From Deferribacterales bacterium (GTDB taxonomy: Bacteria > Chrysiogenota > Deferribacteres > Deferribacterales > Geovibrionaceae), in NCBI GenBank assembly GCA_050251875.1, contig JBFWMA010000001.1, forward strand, positions 454,263 to 518,262: 64,000 nt of DNA, written 5' to 3'. Shown here piece after piece: positions 33,503 through 42,863 of the stretch. How positions within the stretch are numbered: the first letter of the stretch is position 1; every line of letters begins with the position of its first letter. Made by a program: the position numbers and the translations under genes. The notes under the pieces are model-generated. The model made no database searches and had not been told where the DNA came from. It saw only the letters and a list, made by a program, of their open reading frames with translations.

Positions 33503-34855
33503 ATGTTCGGAATTTTGAATGACAAGCTGAACGGCGTATTTAAGAAGATCAGAAAACAGGTACGCCTTAACGAAGAGAACGTAAACGAAGCTCTCAAACT
33601 GGTGCGCATGGCGCTTCTTGAGGCTGACGTAAACTATAAAGTCGTAAAAACATTTATCGCCAACGTGTCTGAAAAGGCAATGGGCGAAGAGGTTATGAAG
33701 AGCCTCACACCCGATCAGGTTTTCATCAAGATAGTCAATGACGAACTGGTGAACATTCTGGGCGGAAAGGACTATGACGAAGCCAAAATCAGGCTGAATT
33801 CACAGCCCCCCACCGTCATTATGATGGCGGGATTACAGGGTTCCGGTAAAACAACCAGCGCCGGAAAACTGGCTAACTTCTTCATGAAGCAGAAACGTTC
33901 CGTTCTGCTCGTTGCCGGCGACATTTACCGTCCGGCGGCTATAGACCAGCTGGAAACACTGGGTAAACAGCTTAACTGCGATGTTTACTCCGATAAAAAG
34001 TCAAAAGACGCTGTAAAGATAGCTAAAGACGCTCTGGCGTATGCTAAAAAGACAGCGAAAGATATAATGATACTCGACACGGCCGGACGTCTGCACATAG
34101 ACGATGAGCTGATGAACGAGATCGTGGCTACCAAAGAAGCCGTTAACCCTGACGAGGTTCTGTTCGTGGCGGACGCCATGACAGGTCAGGACGCGGTGAA
34201 CGTGGCGAAGATTTTCAACGAAAAGCTCGGAGCCACAGGTATCATCCTCACAAAAATGGATGGTGACGCCAGAGGCGGCGCCGCTCTTTCTATCAAGGAA
34301 GTGACAGGCAAACCGCTGAAATTCATCGGTACGGGCGAGAAAATGAACGAATTCGAGCAGTTCTACCCCGACCGTATGGCTTCCAGAATTCTGGGCATGG
34401 GCGATATCGTAACCCTCGTAGAACGTGCACAGGAATCCATCGAAGGCGGAGACGCCGAAGAGATGGCGGAGAAGATGGCGAAGCATGGTCTCGATTTCGA
34501 AGACATGCTGAAACAGTTTAAAATGATCAAAAAAATGGGTTCTATGGAGAGTATTCTCCGGATGATCCCCGGTCTCGGCAATGTCTCCATGGGAGAACTT
34601 GACGATAAGGCCATTAAAAGGGTAGAGGCAATCATATTCTCCATGACAATGAAGGAGAGAAAGAACGCCAAGATCCTCAACGCCTCAAGACGCAAGAGGA
34701 TAGCAAAAGGAAGCGGTACTACTGTTGCGGACGTCAACAGGCTTGTCAATCAGCTGACTCAGATGAACAAAATGATGAAGCAGATGAAAAACAAGCTGGG
34801 CGGATCGAACAAACTGAATCCTGCGATGATGAGAGACTTTCTCAAAATGAGATAA
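33503..34855 (+). CDS. ffh: Signal recognition particle protein
   Basis: GLQGSGKTT, DTAGR, TKMDGDARGG, Met-rich M domain. Confidence 0.98.
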   Translation: MFGILNDKLNGVFKKIRKQVRLNEENVNEALKLVRMALLEADVNYKVVKTFIANVSEKAMGEEVMKSLTPDQVFIKIVNDELVNILGGKDYDEAKIRLNSQPPTVIMMAGLQGSGKTTSAGKLANFFMKQKRSVLLVAGDIYRPAAIDQLETLGKQLNCDVYSDKKSKDAVKIAKDALAYAKKTAKDIMILDTAGRLHIDDELMNEIVATKEAVNPDEVLFVADAMTGQDAVNVAKIFNEKLGATGIILTKMDGDARGGAALSIKEVTGKPLKFIGTGEKMNEFEQFYPDRMASRILGMGDIVTLVERAQESIEGGDAEEMAEKMAKHGLDFEDMLKQFKMIKKMGSMESILRMIPGLGNVSMGELDDKAIKRVEAIIFSMTMKERKNAKILNASRRKRIAKGSGTTVADVNRLVNQLTQMNKMMKQMKNKLGGSNKLNPAMMRDFLKMR

Positions 34856-34893
34856 AAGTATATATAAACTAATAATTTAGCGAGGTACATTCA

Positions 34894-35154
34894 GTGGCTA
34901 CCAGAATCAGACTTGTAAGACTTGGACGCAAAAAAAGACCCTTCTACAGAATAGTAGTATGTGACAGCAGAGAGAGACGCAACGGTAACTTTATCGAAAT
35001 TCTCGGCTACTACAACCCCATGCCTGAGGTTGCTGAAGTTAAGATCGATGAGGTAAAAGCTCTCGACTGGCTTAAAAAAGGCGCTCAGCCTTCTGACACA
35101 GTTAGAAGCCTGCTCTCTAAAAACGGCGTAATAGCAAAATTCGCCGAAGCGTAA
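34894..35154 (+). CDS. rpsP: 30S ribosomal protein S16
   Basis: [25 protein letters not shown]. Confidence 0.98.
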   Translation: MATRIRLVRLGRKKRPFYRIVVCDSRERRNGNFIEILGYYNPMPEVAEVKIDEVKALDWLKKGAQPSDTVRSLLSKNGVIAKFAEA

Positions 35155-35180
35155 GCCTGGCGTCTCAAACGGGGTGAACC

Positions 35181-35411
35181 ATGAAAGAGCTTGTTGAGTT
35201 TATCGTTAAATCGCTGGTGGATAAGCCGGACTCTGTGAGCATCACAGAAGTTGAGGGTGAAAAAGCCTCAATACTGGAGCTCAGGGTGGATCAGGCTGAC
35301 CTCGGCAAGGTTATCGGCAAGCAGGGACGCACAGCGAAGGCCATCAGAACTATTCTGAACGCCTCCGGTGTGAAAAGCGGCAAAAAAACAGTTCTGGAAA
35401 TTCTGGACTGA
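35181..35411 (+). CDS. khpA: KH-domain RNA-binding protein KhpA
   Basis: [18 protein letters not shown]; lies between rpsP and rimM. Confidence 0.93.
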   Translation: MKELVEFIVKSLVDKPDSVSITEVEGEKASILELRVDQADLGKVIGKQGRTAKAIRTILNASGVKSGKKTVLEILD

Positions 35412-35475
35412 TCCGCATAATAAAAATGGGATATAAAAAGGGCGCAGTGAAGAAGCGTCCTTTTACGCATGGTTC

Positions 35476-35985
35476 ATGAAGTTTATAAAGATAGGCAAAC
35501 TTGTTAACACACACGGGCTGGACGGTAACCTCATGATGCAGGTAACTACCGAGAGTCCGGAAATTCTCGATGAGATGCAGTACATGATGCTGTCGAAAGA
35601 CGGCAATGTGAAAGCCTCTCTCGAGATAGAATATATGAATCCTTACAAGGGAATGCTCCTGATAGGGTTCAAAGGGATAGGCGATGTTGATGCCGCCCTG
35701 AAATATAAGGGAATGGACGTAGTCATTCCCGAGGACATGCTTCCCGATCTCGATGACGGTATCTACTGGCACGAGCTGGAGGGATGTCAGGTGTTTGACA
35801 CAGAAGGTAATTTGGTCGGGACTCTGATCGACTATATGGAAGCCGGCGCTGCCGAAGTTTTCCGTATTAAAGGCGAGAAGGAGACCTGGCTGATTTCCAA
35901 TAATAAGAATCATGTTACAGAGATAAATGTGACAGAGAAAAAGCTGATAGTGGCAAGAGAGGGACTGATTAGTGAAAACGTTTAA
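35476..35985 (+). CDS. rimM: Ribosome maturation factor RimM
   Basis: IGKLVNTHGLDG; YWHELEG; operon context. Confidence 0.93.
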   Translation: MKFIKIGKLVNTHGLDGNLMMQVTTESPEILDEMQYMMLSKDGNVKASLEIEYMNPYKGMLLIGFKGIGDVDAALKYKGMDVVIPEDMLPDLDDGIYWHELEGCQVFDTEGNLVGTLIDYMEAGAAEVFRIKGEKETWLISNNKNHVTEINVTEKKLIVAREGLISENV

Positions 35986-37249
35986 TATCCTTACGATATT
36001 TCCCGATATGTTTTCAGTGCCTTTCTCGCTGGGCGTTTTGTCTAAGGCTGTGGAATCCGGGTTCTTCACCATTAACCCCGTTGATATTCGGAGCTACACC
36101 ACAGACAAACACCGCATCACAGATGACTATCAGTACGGCGGCGGACAGGGACTTGTCATGAAGCCGGAACCTATTGTAAACGCTGTCAGAGACATCAAAC
36201 AAAAAGAGGGCGATACCCACGTTGTGCTCATGGACCCCAGGGGTAAGAAATTTACCCAGAAGGACGCCGAAAGGCTCTCTGAGTATGATAGCCTCACATT
36301 CATCTGCGGCCGATATGAAGGCGTTGATGAACGGGTTGTCGATCTTGTTGTTGATGAGTCGCTCTCACTGGGCGATTTTGTGCTGACGGGAGGCGAGTTT
36401 GCCTCGATGGTTATGATAGATTCCATAGCAAGGCTTCTGCCGGGCGTTTTAGGTGATGAAAACTCACATGTAGATGACTCTCACTCATCGGGCATGCTCG
36501 AGTTCCCGCATTACACGAGACCCTATGAATATGAAGGGCTGAAGGTTCCGGACATTCTTCTATCCGGACACCACGCAGAGATCGAAAAGTGGAGGCGCAA
36601 GCTCTCTCTGGAGATCACAGCGAAAAACAGACCCGACATGCTGAAAGACACGGAGCTGTCAGAGGACGATAAAAAAGTTCTTGACATCTGCGTGCCGAAA
36701 AAGAAAATATACGTCGCTCTGCTCCACTATCCCATGAAGGACAAGGAGAAGGTAAACGTGGCGACATCCATCACAAACATGGATCTCCACGACATCTCCA
36801 GAAGCTGCACCACATATGACGTACGCAAATACTTCGTGGTGACGCCTCTGCAGGCTCAGCGTGACATCGCGTCACGGGTTATCGAGCACTGGCTTAAGGG
36901 ATACGGAGCCACTTACAACGTCAACAGGAAGCAGGCCTTTGAGAACACTGTTCTCTCTGAAGGGCTTCTGGACGTGATAGCCGAAATCGAAAAGCTCGAA
37001 GGCGAGCGTCCGGTTGTCATCGCCACCACGGCGAGGGACTCACGAGCGAACATTGGGTTTGAAGAGACGGCGAGGCTCTCGGAGGATAAACCGTGCCTTA
37101 TCATTTTTGGTACTGGCTGGGGATTCACCGAGGATGTTTTTAAAATGTCGGACAGGGTGCTTAAACCGATTAAAGGGGCTGGCAGATTCAACCACCTCTC
37201 GGTCAGAAGCGCTGTGGCCATTATATTAGACAGGATACATAGTTTTTAG
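35972..37249 (+). CDS. trmD: tRNA m1G37 methyltransferase TrmD fused to a second SPOUT (Tm1570-like) domain
   Basis: [24 protein letters not shown]-terminal [30 protein letters not shown]. Confidence 0.95.
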   Translation: MKTFNILTIFPDMFSVPFSLGVLSKAVESGFFTINPVDIRSYTTDKHRITDDYQYGGGQGLVMKPEPIVNAVRDIKQKEGDTHVVLMDPRGKKFTQKDAERLSEYDSLTFICGRYEGVDERVVDLVVDESLSLGDFVLTGGEFASMVMIDSIARLLPGVLGDENSHVDDSHSSGMLEFPHYTRPYEYEGLKVPDILLSGHHAEIEKWRRKLSLEITAKNRPDMLKDTELSEDDKKVLDICVPKKKIYVALLHYPMKDKEKVNVATSITNMDLHDISRSCTTYDVRKYFVVTPLQAQRDIASRVIEHWLKGYGATYNVNRKQAFENTVLSEGLLDVIAEIEKLEGERPVVIATTARDSRANIGFEETARLSEDKPCLIIFGTGWGFTEDVFKMSDRVLKPIKGAGRFNHLSVRSAVAIILDRIHSF

Positions 37250-37260
37250 GAGGCTCATCC

Positions 37261-37620
37261 ATGAAGAATAAACTGATCGCTTCTGTAGAGGCGATGTACA
37301 AATCAGAGAAAGAAATTCCTGCTTTCCGCTCAGGCGATACAGTCAGAGTTTACTTCCGTATTATCGAAGGAAACAAAGAGCGTATTCAGGCATATGAGGG
37401 TCTTGTTATGAAGATCCACAGAAACAGCACCAACTCTACCTTCACCGTCAGAAAGATGGTCGGCGACATAGGCGTGGAAAGAACTTTCCCCTACATGTCA
37501 CCCAGAATCGACAGAATCGAACTGATCAGACAGGGTAAAGTACGCCAGGCCAGACTCTTCTACATGAGAGAACTGAAAGGTAAAGCTGCCAGAATTAAAG
37601 AAAGAAGGAAAGGTCTGTAA
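37261..37620 (+). CDS. rplS: 50S ribosomal protein L19
   Basis: [24 protein letters not shown]. Confidence 0.98.
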   Translation: MKNKLIASVEAMYKSEKEIPAFRSGDTVRVYFRIIEGNKERIQAYEGLVMKIHRNSTNSTFTVRKMVGDIGVERTFPYMSPRIDRIELIRQGKVRQARLFYMRELKGKAARIKERRKGL

Positions 37621-37632
37621 TCCACAAATTGC

Positions 37633-37661
37633 TTGACATATCAATGCATATTTAATAGATT
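37633..37661 (+). promoter_or_regulatory. Putative sigma70 promoter for rplM-rpsI
   Basis: TTGACA-17 nt-TAGATT. Confidence 0.55.
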
Positions 37662-37691
37662 ACAAGGCTCACATATTTGACGAGGTTTATA

Positions 37692-38123
37692 ATGAAAAGC
37701 TATTGGGCAAAACCCGACGAAATAGAAAAGAAATGGTATGTGCTTGACGCTAAAGGTCAGGTACTCGGACGTATAGCTACACAGATAGCTATGACTCTGA
37801 TGGGAAAAACAAAACCCACATATACACCCTCCATCGACACAGGCGACTTTGTCGTTGTTGTTAACGCTGATAAATTCATCGTTACAGGCGCTAAGATGGA
37901 TGACAAAATGTACTACAGACACTCAGGTCACCTCGGCGGTCTGAAAGAGAGAACTCTGAAAGAAATGCTGGATAAAAAACCTGAAGATGTTATCAGACTG
38001 GCAGTTAAGAACATGCTCCCCAAAACAAGAATGGGCAGAGCTATGCTCACTAAACTGAAGATCTATACAGGCTCAGAGCACCCCCACGCTGCTCAGAACC
38101 CCGAAACTTTCGTGCTGAAGTAA
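37692..38123 (+). CDS. rplM: 50S ribosomal protein L13
   Basis: [26 protein letters not shown]. Confidence 0.98.
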   Translation: MKSYWAKPDEIEKKWYVLDAKGQVLGRIATQIAMTLMGKTKPTYTPSIDTGDFVVVVNADKFIVTGAKMDDKMYYRHSGHLGGLKERTLKEMLDKKPEDVIRLAVKNMLPKTRMGRAMLTKLKIYTGSEHPHAAQNPETFVLK

Positions 38124-38133
38124 GGAGATATTG

Positions 38134-38523
38134 ATGGCTGACTATACATACGGAACAGGCAGAAGAAAAACATCCTGCGCCAGAGTTTTCATCAAACCCG
38201 GCAAAGGCAACATCACAATAAACGGTAAAGATGCGGCTGCATATTTCGAGAGACCTACTCTCACTATGATCAGCCTTCAGCCTCTGGTTACTATTAATGC
38301 TGAGGGCAAATTCGACCTCTACATTACAGTAAAAGGCGGCGGAAAATCAGGTCAGGCAGGCGCTGTTCGCCACGGTCTGGCAAGAGCTCTGTGTGAGTTC
38401 GATGCTACTAACCGTCCCGCTCTGAAAAAAGAAGGATTTCTCACCAGAGATTCCAGAGCTGTTGAGCGTAAGAAACCTGGTAAACCTAAAGCCAGAAAAT
38501 CTTCTCAGTTCTCCAAACGTTAA
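38134..38523 (+). CDS. rpsI: 30S ribosomal protein S9
   Basis: [16 protein letters not shown], ends QFSKR. Confidence 0.98.
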   Translation: MADYTYGTGRRKTSCARVFIKPGKGNITINGKDAAAYFERPTLTMISLQPLVTINAEGKFDLYITVKGGGKSGQAGAVRHGLARALCEFDATNRPALKKEGFLTRDSRAVERKKPGKPKARKSSQFSKR

Positions 38524-38545
38524 TCAACACAGATTACATACAAAG

Positions 38546-38572
38546 AAAAGGTCTCTTCGGAGACCTTTTTTT
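38546..38572 (+). terminator. Intrinsic terminator after rpsI
   Basis: AAAAGGTCTC-ttcg-GAGACCTTTT plus T run. Confidence 0.88.
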
Positions 38573-38587
38573 ATTTCAGGTGATTTT

Positions 38588-38875
38588 ATGTCAATTCATC
38601 ATTTAATTTTTAACGCGGGATTCAGTTATCTGCTGTGGATTCTTCCCGGAATCATTGCCGCCTTTGTGGCGCACTCAAAACACAGAAGCGCTCTGGGCTG
38701 GTCTTTTCTCTGTGTCATATTCCCTTTTGCTCTGATTATTCTTCTTCTGATCGGGGACAAGTGCTGTGACATTCAGGAGGAATCTCTCTATGCCCCTTGT
38801 CCCTACTGCAAAGAGGCAATAAGAAAAGACGCCGTTCTGTGCAGATTCTGCCGGATGACTATTCGCAGGGACTAG
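38588..38875 (+). CDS. Small membrane protein with a C-terminal zinc ribbon (95 aa)
   Basis: Two hydrophobic segments then CPYCKEAIRKDAVLCRFC; AGGTG RBS. Confidence 0.75.
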   Translation: MSIHHLIFNAGFSYLLWILPGIIAAFVAHSKHRSALGWSFLCVIFPFALIILLLIGDKCCDIQEESLYAPCPYCKEAIRKDAVLCRFCRMTIRRD

Positions 38876-39600
38876 AACCAGTATTTTTTCAGTATTATGA
38901 AGGCGCAGACGATCAGAAGAAGATTTATCAGCACCCTGAACAGTCTGTCGGATATTTTCTTAAGAAGTTTCTTCCCGATCAAATTTCCGGCGAAGGCGCC
39001 GCACCCAGCGGTCAGTCCTATCAGCGCTATCTCTTTTGTAAAAACTCCGAAATAAGCATAGGTCAGCACTTTTGTGGTCTGGATTGCCATTAGTGATACC
39101 GCTTTGGTTCCCAGCATCTCTTCCTTGCGCACTCCGTAATTGATGTAAAATGGGTTCATGAAAGGACCGCCGACACCTATCTGTCCGGAGAGGTAGGCGC
39201 TGATGAATCCGGCTATGGGGAAATGCCATTTTCTGACTCTGAAAGTTATTTTTGTGAAAAGAGACCAGACTCCGTTAACCAGATAAAAACCCGCCAGCAG
39301 GAGAGAAAGTGATTTGTGATCCAGCCTGCTGAAAAGATACGCTCCGGAGAATGAGCCCAGAATCATGAATGGTACGGTGAGCCTTGCCAGCTCCCAGTTA
39401 ATGCTTTTCAGATAAAGGAAGAAGCGCTGAACGCTGGAAAGCGACCCGGCTATGGAAGTCGCCGGCGTGATGGCTGTGATCGGCAGAAAAAGACCCGTGA
39501 CGGGGATGAAGACTGTTCCTCCTCCGCCGCCTGCCAGTGTGCTGAGCATCCAGGCGAAAACGCCTGAAAGAAAAACCACTGAAGCGGTATATAAATCCAT
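38872..39600 (-). CDS. TauE/SafE (TSUP) family transporter
   Basis: About 8 TM segments; duplicated Gly-rich motifs GGGGG and GVGGP. Confidence 0.85.
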   Translation of the reverse strand: MDLYTASVVFLSGVFAWMLSTLAGGGGGTVFIPVTGLFLPITAITPATSIAGSLSSVQRFFLYLKSINWELARLTVPFMILGSFSGAYLFSRLDHKSLSLLLAGFYLVNGVWSLFTKITFRVRKWHFPIAGFISAYLSGQIGVGGPFMNPFYINYGVRKEEMLGTKAVSLMAIQTTKVLTYAYFGVFTKEIALIGLTAGCGAFAGNLIGKKLLKKISDRLFRVLINLLLIVCAFIILKKYWF

Positions 39601-40283
39601 CAGAATCCCATAGTGTCTTTTATTATGTTTTTGATAGTCTGAAAATCATCTTCTCTAAGAACTGCCGGATGTTTGAACACCACCCTGTTCTCGTCCCTGC
39701 GGTAGCGGATGCCCTTGTATCTGTGGCGCAGGCAGTCTTCCGCCGCCTCCACCTCATACATGCTCCCTTCATCTATGGTTATCAGTCTGGAAGCCTTGCA
39801 GGATTCATCGTGAAACTCTATACCCAGCTCGCTGACCGTGCGCAGAGAGAATGCTTTACCCAGACCGAGCTCTTTCAAAGGGGAGACCGTTTCGGTTTCT
39901 TTAAGAGCTCTGTAGCCCGGGCGGTCGTCAGGATTGTCGTCAGCGTTTGTACCGTCCAGAATAACATCGGCGTCAGACAGCTCTTTTATTTTATTCAGGA
40001 TCGCTCTTTTGCAGTGATAGCATCTGGTCTCTTTGTCCGTGAAAAATTCCGGAGGCATATCCGCTTGAAACATAACGTGTTTTACACCCAGCCTGTCGCA
40101 AATCACGGCGGCGTTCTCTATCTCATAGCGGAAGATGTGGCTGTTGGCACAGGTATACGCCGTCACGTTCTCCGCTCCCAGAAACTCGATGGCGAGCATC
40201 AGAACACATGTGCTGTCCGCCCCGCCGCTGAAAGCGACAGAGGCGGTTTTGAATCCGCTAAAAAACTTCCGCAATGTAGCCAC
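39600..40283 (-). CDS. LarE-like PP-loop sulfur transferase (short form)
   Basis: AFSGGADS, RCYHCK, DGTNADD..DRPG, SPLKELG, SCKASR. Confidence 0.8.
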   Translation of the reverse strand: MATLRKFFSGFKTASVAFSGGADSTCVLMLAIEFLGAENVTAYTCANSHIFRYEIENAAVICDRLGVKHVMFQADMPPEFFTDKETRCYHCKRAILNKIKELSDADVILDGTNADDNPDDRPGYRALKETETVSPLKELGLGKAFSLRTVSELGIEFHDESCKASRLITIDEGSMYEVEAAEDCLRHRYKGIRYRRDENRVVFKHPAVLREDDFQTIKNIIKDTMGF

Positions 40284-41292
40284 CGCCTACAACTATGTCG
40301 TCTTTATAAACACAGGCGACCTGACCCGGTGTGGGTGCGAATTCCGGATTATCAAAAAGGATGGTGGCGGTGTCTGACGGCTGAATCTCAACCATGCAGT
40401 CCACGGGAGCCATACGGTAGCGTATTTTGACCTGAGCTTTGAAAATTCTGTCATGGCTGGCGGGAAATTCGCAGAATTGCAGCTTAACGCCCCTGCCTGT
40501 GACATTCTCTTTATCCGAAAGGATGATATCTCCGGTTTTAGCGTCTATATGCTTTACAAAGAGTGGTTCGTGATATCCGATATCGAGCCCCTTGCGCTGA
40601 CCCACCGTATAATAGATGATTCCTTTGTGCTCTTTCAGTCTTTTGCCGTTCATAATGAACCAGCCCTTTTTGATGTTTTCAGGCGACAGGCGTTTTTCCA
40701 GAAAGTCCCTGTAGTCGCCGTCCATCAGAAAGCAGATATCCTGACTCTCTTTCTTATCCGCCACAGAGAGCCCCAGCTCGGCCGCTTTTGCCTTTACCTC
40801 TTCTTTTTTCAGACTGCCCAGAGGAAACTCGATGACTTCCACCTGAAAAGATTTAAGAAGGCTGAGGTAATATGACTGATCTTTTTTTTCGTCCAGCCCC
40901 TTTGCGGCGTGCCAGTTTTCGTTATACATTTTTTTGTTGGCATAGTGTCCGGTGACTATCTTTTCGCACTGGGATGTTTTCATCTCACGGAACAGATAGT
41001 TGAACTTGGCGTGTCTGTTGCAGTGACAGCAGGGGTTCGGAGTCCTGCCCATCTTATATGTGCGGACGAAATAGGCTATTACGTCCTCGTGAAAAAATTT
41101 TGTATAGTCGGCGTAATACCAGTTTATTCCCAGCTCTTTCGCCGCTTTCTCCCCATCGGCGATCGCCTGTTCCTGCTCATCGAAGAATTTTATGGTGACG
41201 CCTGTGACGTCATATCCCTGTTCTTTCATCATATGGGCGCAGAGCGTGCTGTCCACACCTCCGCTCATGGCAATCAATACTTTTGTTTTCAA
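40258..41292 (-). CDS. mnmA: tRNA 2-thiouridylase MnmA
   Basis: AMSGGVDS, TPNPCCHCN, TGHY, KDQSY, ESQDICF, YTVGQRKGL, TPGQ; TTG start. Confidence 0.96.
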   Translation of the reverse strand: MKTKVLIAMSGGVDSTLCAHMMKEQGYDVTGVTIKFFDEQEQAIADGEKAAKELGINWYYADYTKFFHEDVIAYFVRTYKMGRTPNPCCHCNRHAKFNYLFREMKTSQCEKIVTGHYANKKMYNENWHAAKGLDEKKDQSYYLSLLKSFQVEVIEFPLGSLKKEEVKAKAAELGLSVADKKESQDICFLMDGDYRDFLEKRLSPENIKKGWFIMNGKRLKEHKGIIYYTVGQRKGLDIGYHEPLFVKHIDAKTGDIILSDKENVTGRGVKLQFCEFPASHDRIFKAQVKIRYRMAPVDCMVEIQPSDTATILFDNPEFAPTPGQVACVYKDDIVVGGGYIAEVF

Positions 41293-41365
41293 TGCTTTCT
41301 CCGTGTGCTAAATATGCTGATAACATAAACTTATGCGGTCATATTTTCAACAGTGTTTTCGGCTG

Positions 41366-41529
41366 CCCATCTTTTGTAAAGAGGGGACAGGGGAGATTTC
41401 TTTGTTTTTAAGAAATCCACCCCGACCCTCCTTTGTAAAAGGAGGGAGTAACACATAAAACTTCATGTAGCGAGGATTTATTCCGAGCGTAACGGTATCA
41501 GAAATTTCCCATGGATGGGCAAATTTCTG
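41366..41529. repeat. Multi-hairpin intergenic repeat element, copy B
   Basis: Same hairpin order as 2950-3175; shares AACTTCATG and GCGTAACGGTATC. Confidence 0.8.
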
Positions 41530-41588
41530 TAAGCTGATTGACAGAACACTGTTTTACAGTGTATTAATATCAGACAGGAGATTATTTT

Positions 41589-42188
41589 ATGATAGAAGCT
41601 GTATTCTTTGATTTTGGCGGAGTTATAGCAGAAGAGGGCTGGGTGAACGGTTTAACAGACATAGCCCACCATCACGGATTTTATCCGCCTATGTTTTTTG
41701 ACGATGCCTGCGATGTGCTCTGGAGCACCGGATATATGTACGGCAGGGCGGATGAGAACACCTTCTGGCAGAAGCTGGGAGAGAGATATGACTTCCGCAT
41801 GACCGTGGATGAGATGCGGAACGTGATATTCAAAAAATTCGTAATCAGACAGGATGTTCTGGACGTTATAAGAAAAATCAGAGAAGCCGGATTCCGCACA
41901 GCCATTCTGAGCGATCAGGTGAACTGGCTGGATGAGTTCAACGACATGTACGGATTTTTCAGTCTGTTCGACAGGGTATATAATTCATATCACCTGGGAA
42001 TCGGAAAAAAGGACGAGAGAGTTTTTCCCATGGTGTGCGATGATCTGGGAGTGGATATAGAGAACGCTCTTTTCGTGGATGACAACGAAGGACACATAGA
42101 GAGAGCGAAAAACTGCGGAATGAACACGCTGCTGTTTTGCGACCCGGACGAAGATATTATTAAGCTGAAAGAAATGCTTCATATATAA
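41589..42188 (+). CDS. HAD-family phosphatase
   Basis: FDFGGV motif I; LSDQ; K; FVDD motif IV. Confidence 0.88.
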   Translation: MIEAVFFDFGGVIAEEGWVNGLTDIAHHHGFYPPMFFDDACDVLWSTGYMYGRADENTFWQKLGERYDFRMTVDEMRNVIFKKFVIRQDVLDVIRKIREAGFRTAILSDQVNWLDEFNDMYGFFSLFDRVYNSYHLGIGKKDERVFPMVCDDLGVDIENALFVDDNEGHIERAKNCGMNTLLFCDPDEDIIKLKEMLHI

Positions 42189-42198
42189 GGAGATGCCG

Positions 42199-42744
42199 AT
42201 GAAACACATTCTGGAGACAGACCAAACGGCGCTTGTGGTTATCGATATTCAGGAAAGGCTGGTGAAGGCTATGGACGATGATGTCCTGAAAAAAATCACC
42301 GACAACACCCTGCGTCTGGTAAAGGGCGCTAATGTTATGGGTATCAGAACTCTCTTTACACAGCAGTATTCAAAGGGGCTTGGAGACACCATTATGTCGC
42401 TGAAAGAGCATCTGGAAGGCGACCATGTGGAGAAGACGGATTTTTCATGCTGCGGCGAGTCGTCTTTTAACGAAGGGCTCAAGGGCGTGAAGACCGTTAT
42501 CCTCGCCGGCATGGAGACCCACGTCTGCGTGCTTCAGACAGCGCTTGATCTGATGAACGCCGGATTTGCCGTGCATATAGCGGCGGACGCAGTATGTTCC
42601 AGAAGCAAATTCAACTGGAAGACAGGTCTGCGTATGATGGAGAGCGCCGGAGCGGTAATCACATGTACCGAAACAGTGCTGTTTCAGCTGGTGAAAAGAG
42701 CCGGAACACCCGAGTTCAAAGAAATATCCAATATAATCAAATAA
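42199..42744 (+). CDS. Isochorismatase-family hydrolase
   Basis: IDIQERL, QYSKGLG, EKTDFSC, GMETHVCVLQT; alternative start at 42193. Confidence 0.9.
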   Translation: MKHILETDQTALVVIDIQERLVKAMDDDVLKKITDNTLRLVKGANVMGIRTLFTQQYSKGLGDTIMSLKEHLEGDHVEKTDFSCCGESSFNEGLKGVKTVILAGMETHVCVLQTALDLMNAGFAVHIAADAVCSRSKFNWKTGLRMMESAGAVITCTETVLFQLVKRAGTPEFKEISNIIK

Positions 42745-42863
42745 ATTGGGGGCAGAGCGCCCCCTTTGCATATATATGAATATTGAGTAAAAAATATGCA
42801 ATATTTCTAGTATTTTCGATAGTGTCTGTTGATTATTTTTTCATCATGATGTAATGTAGCAGT

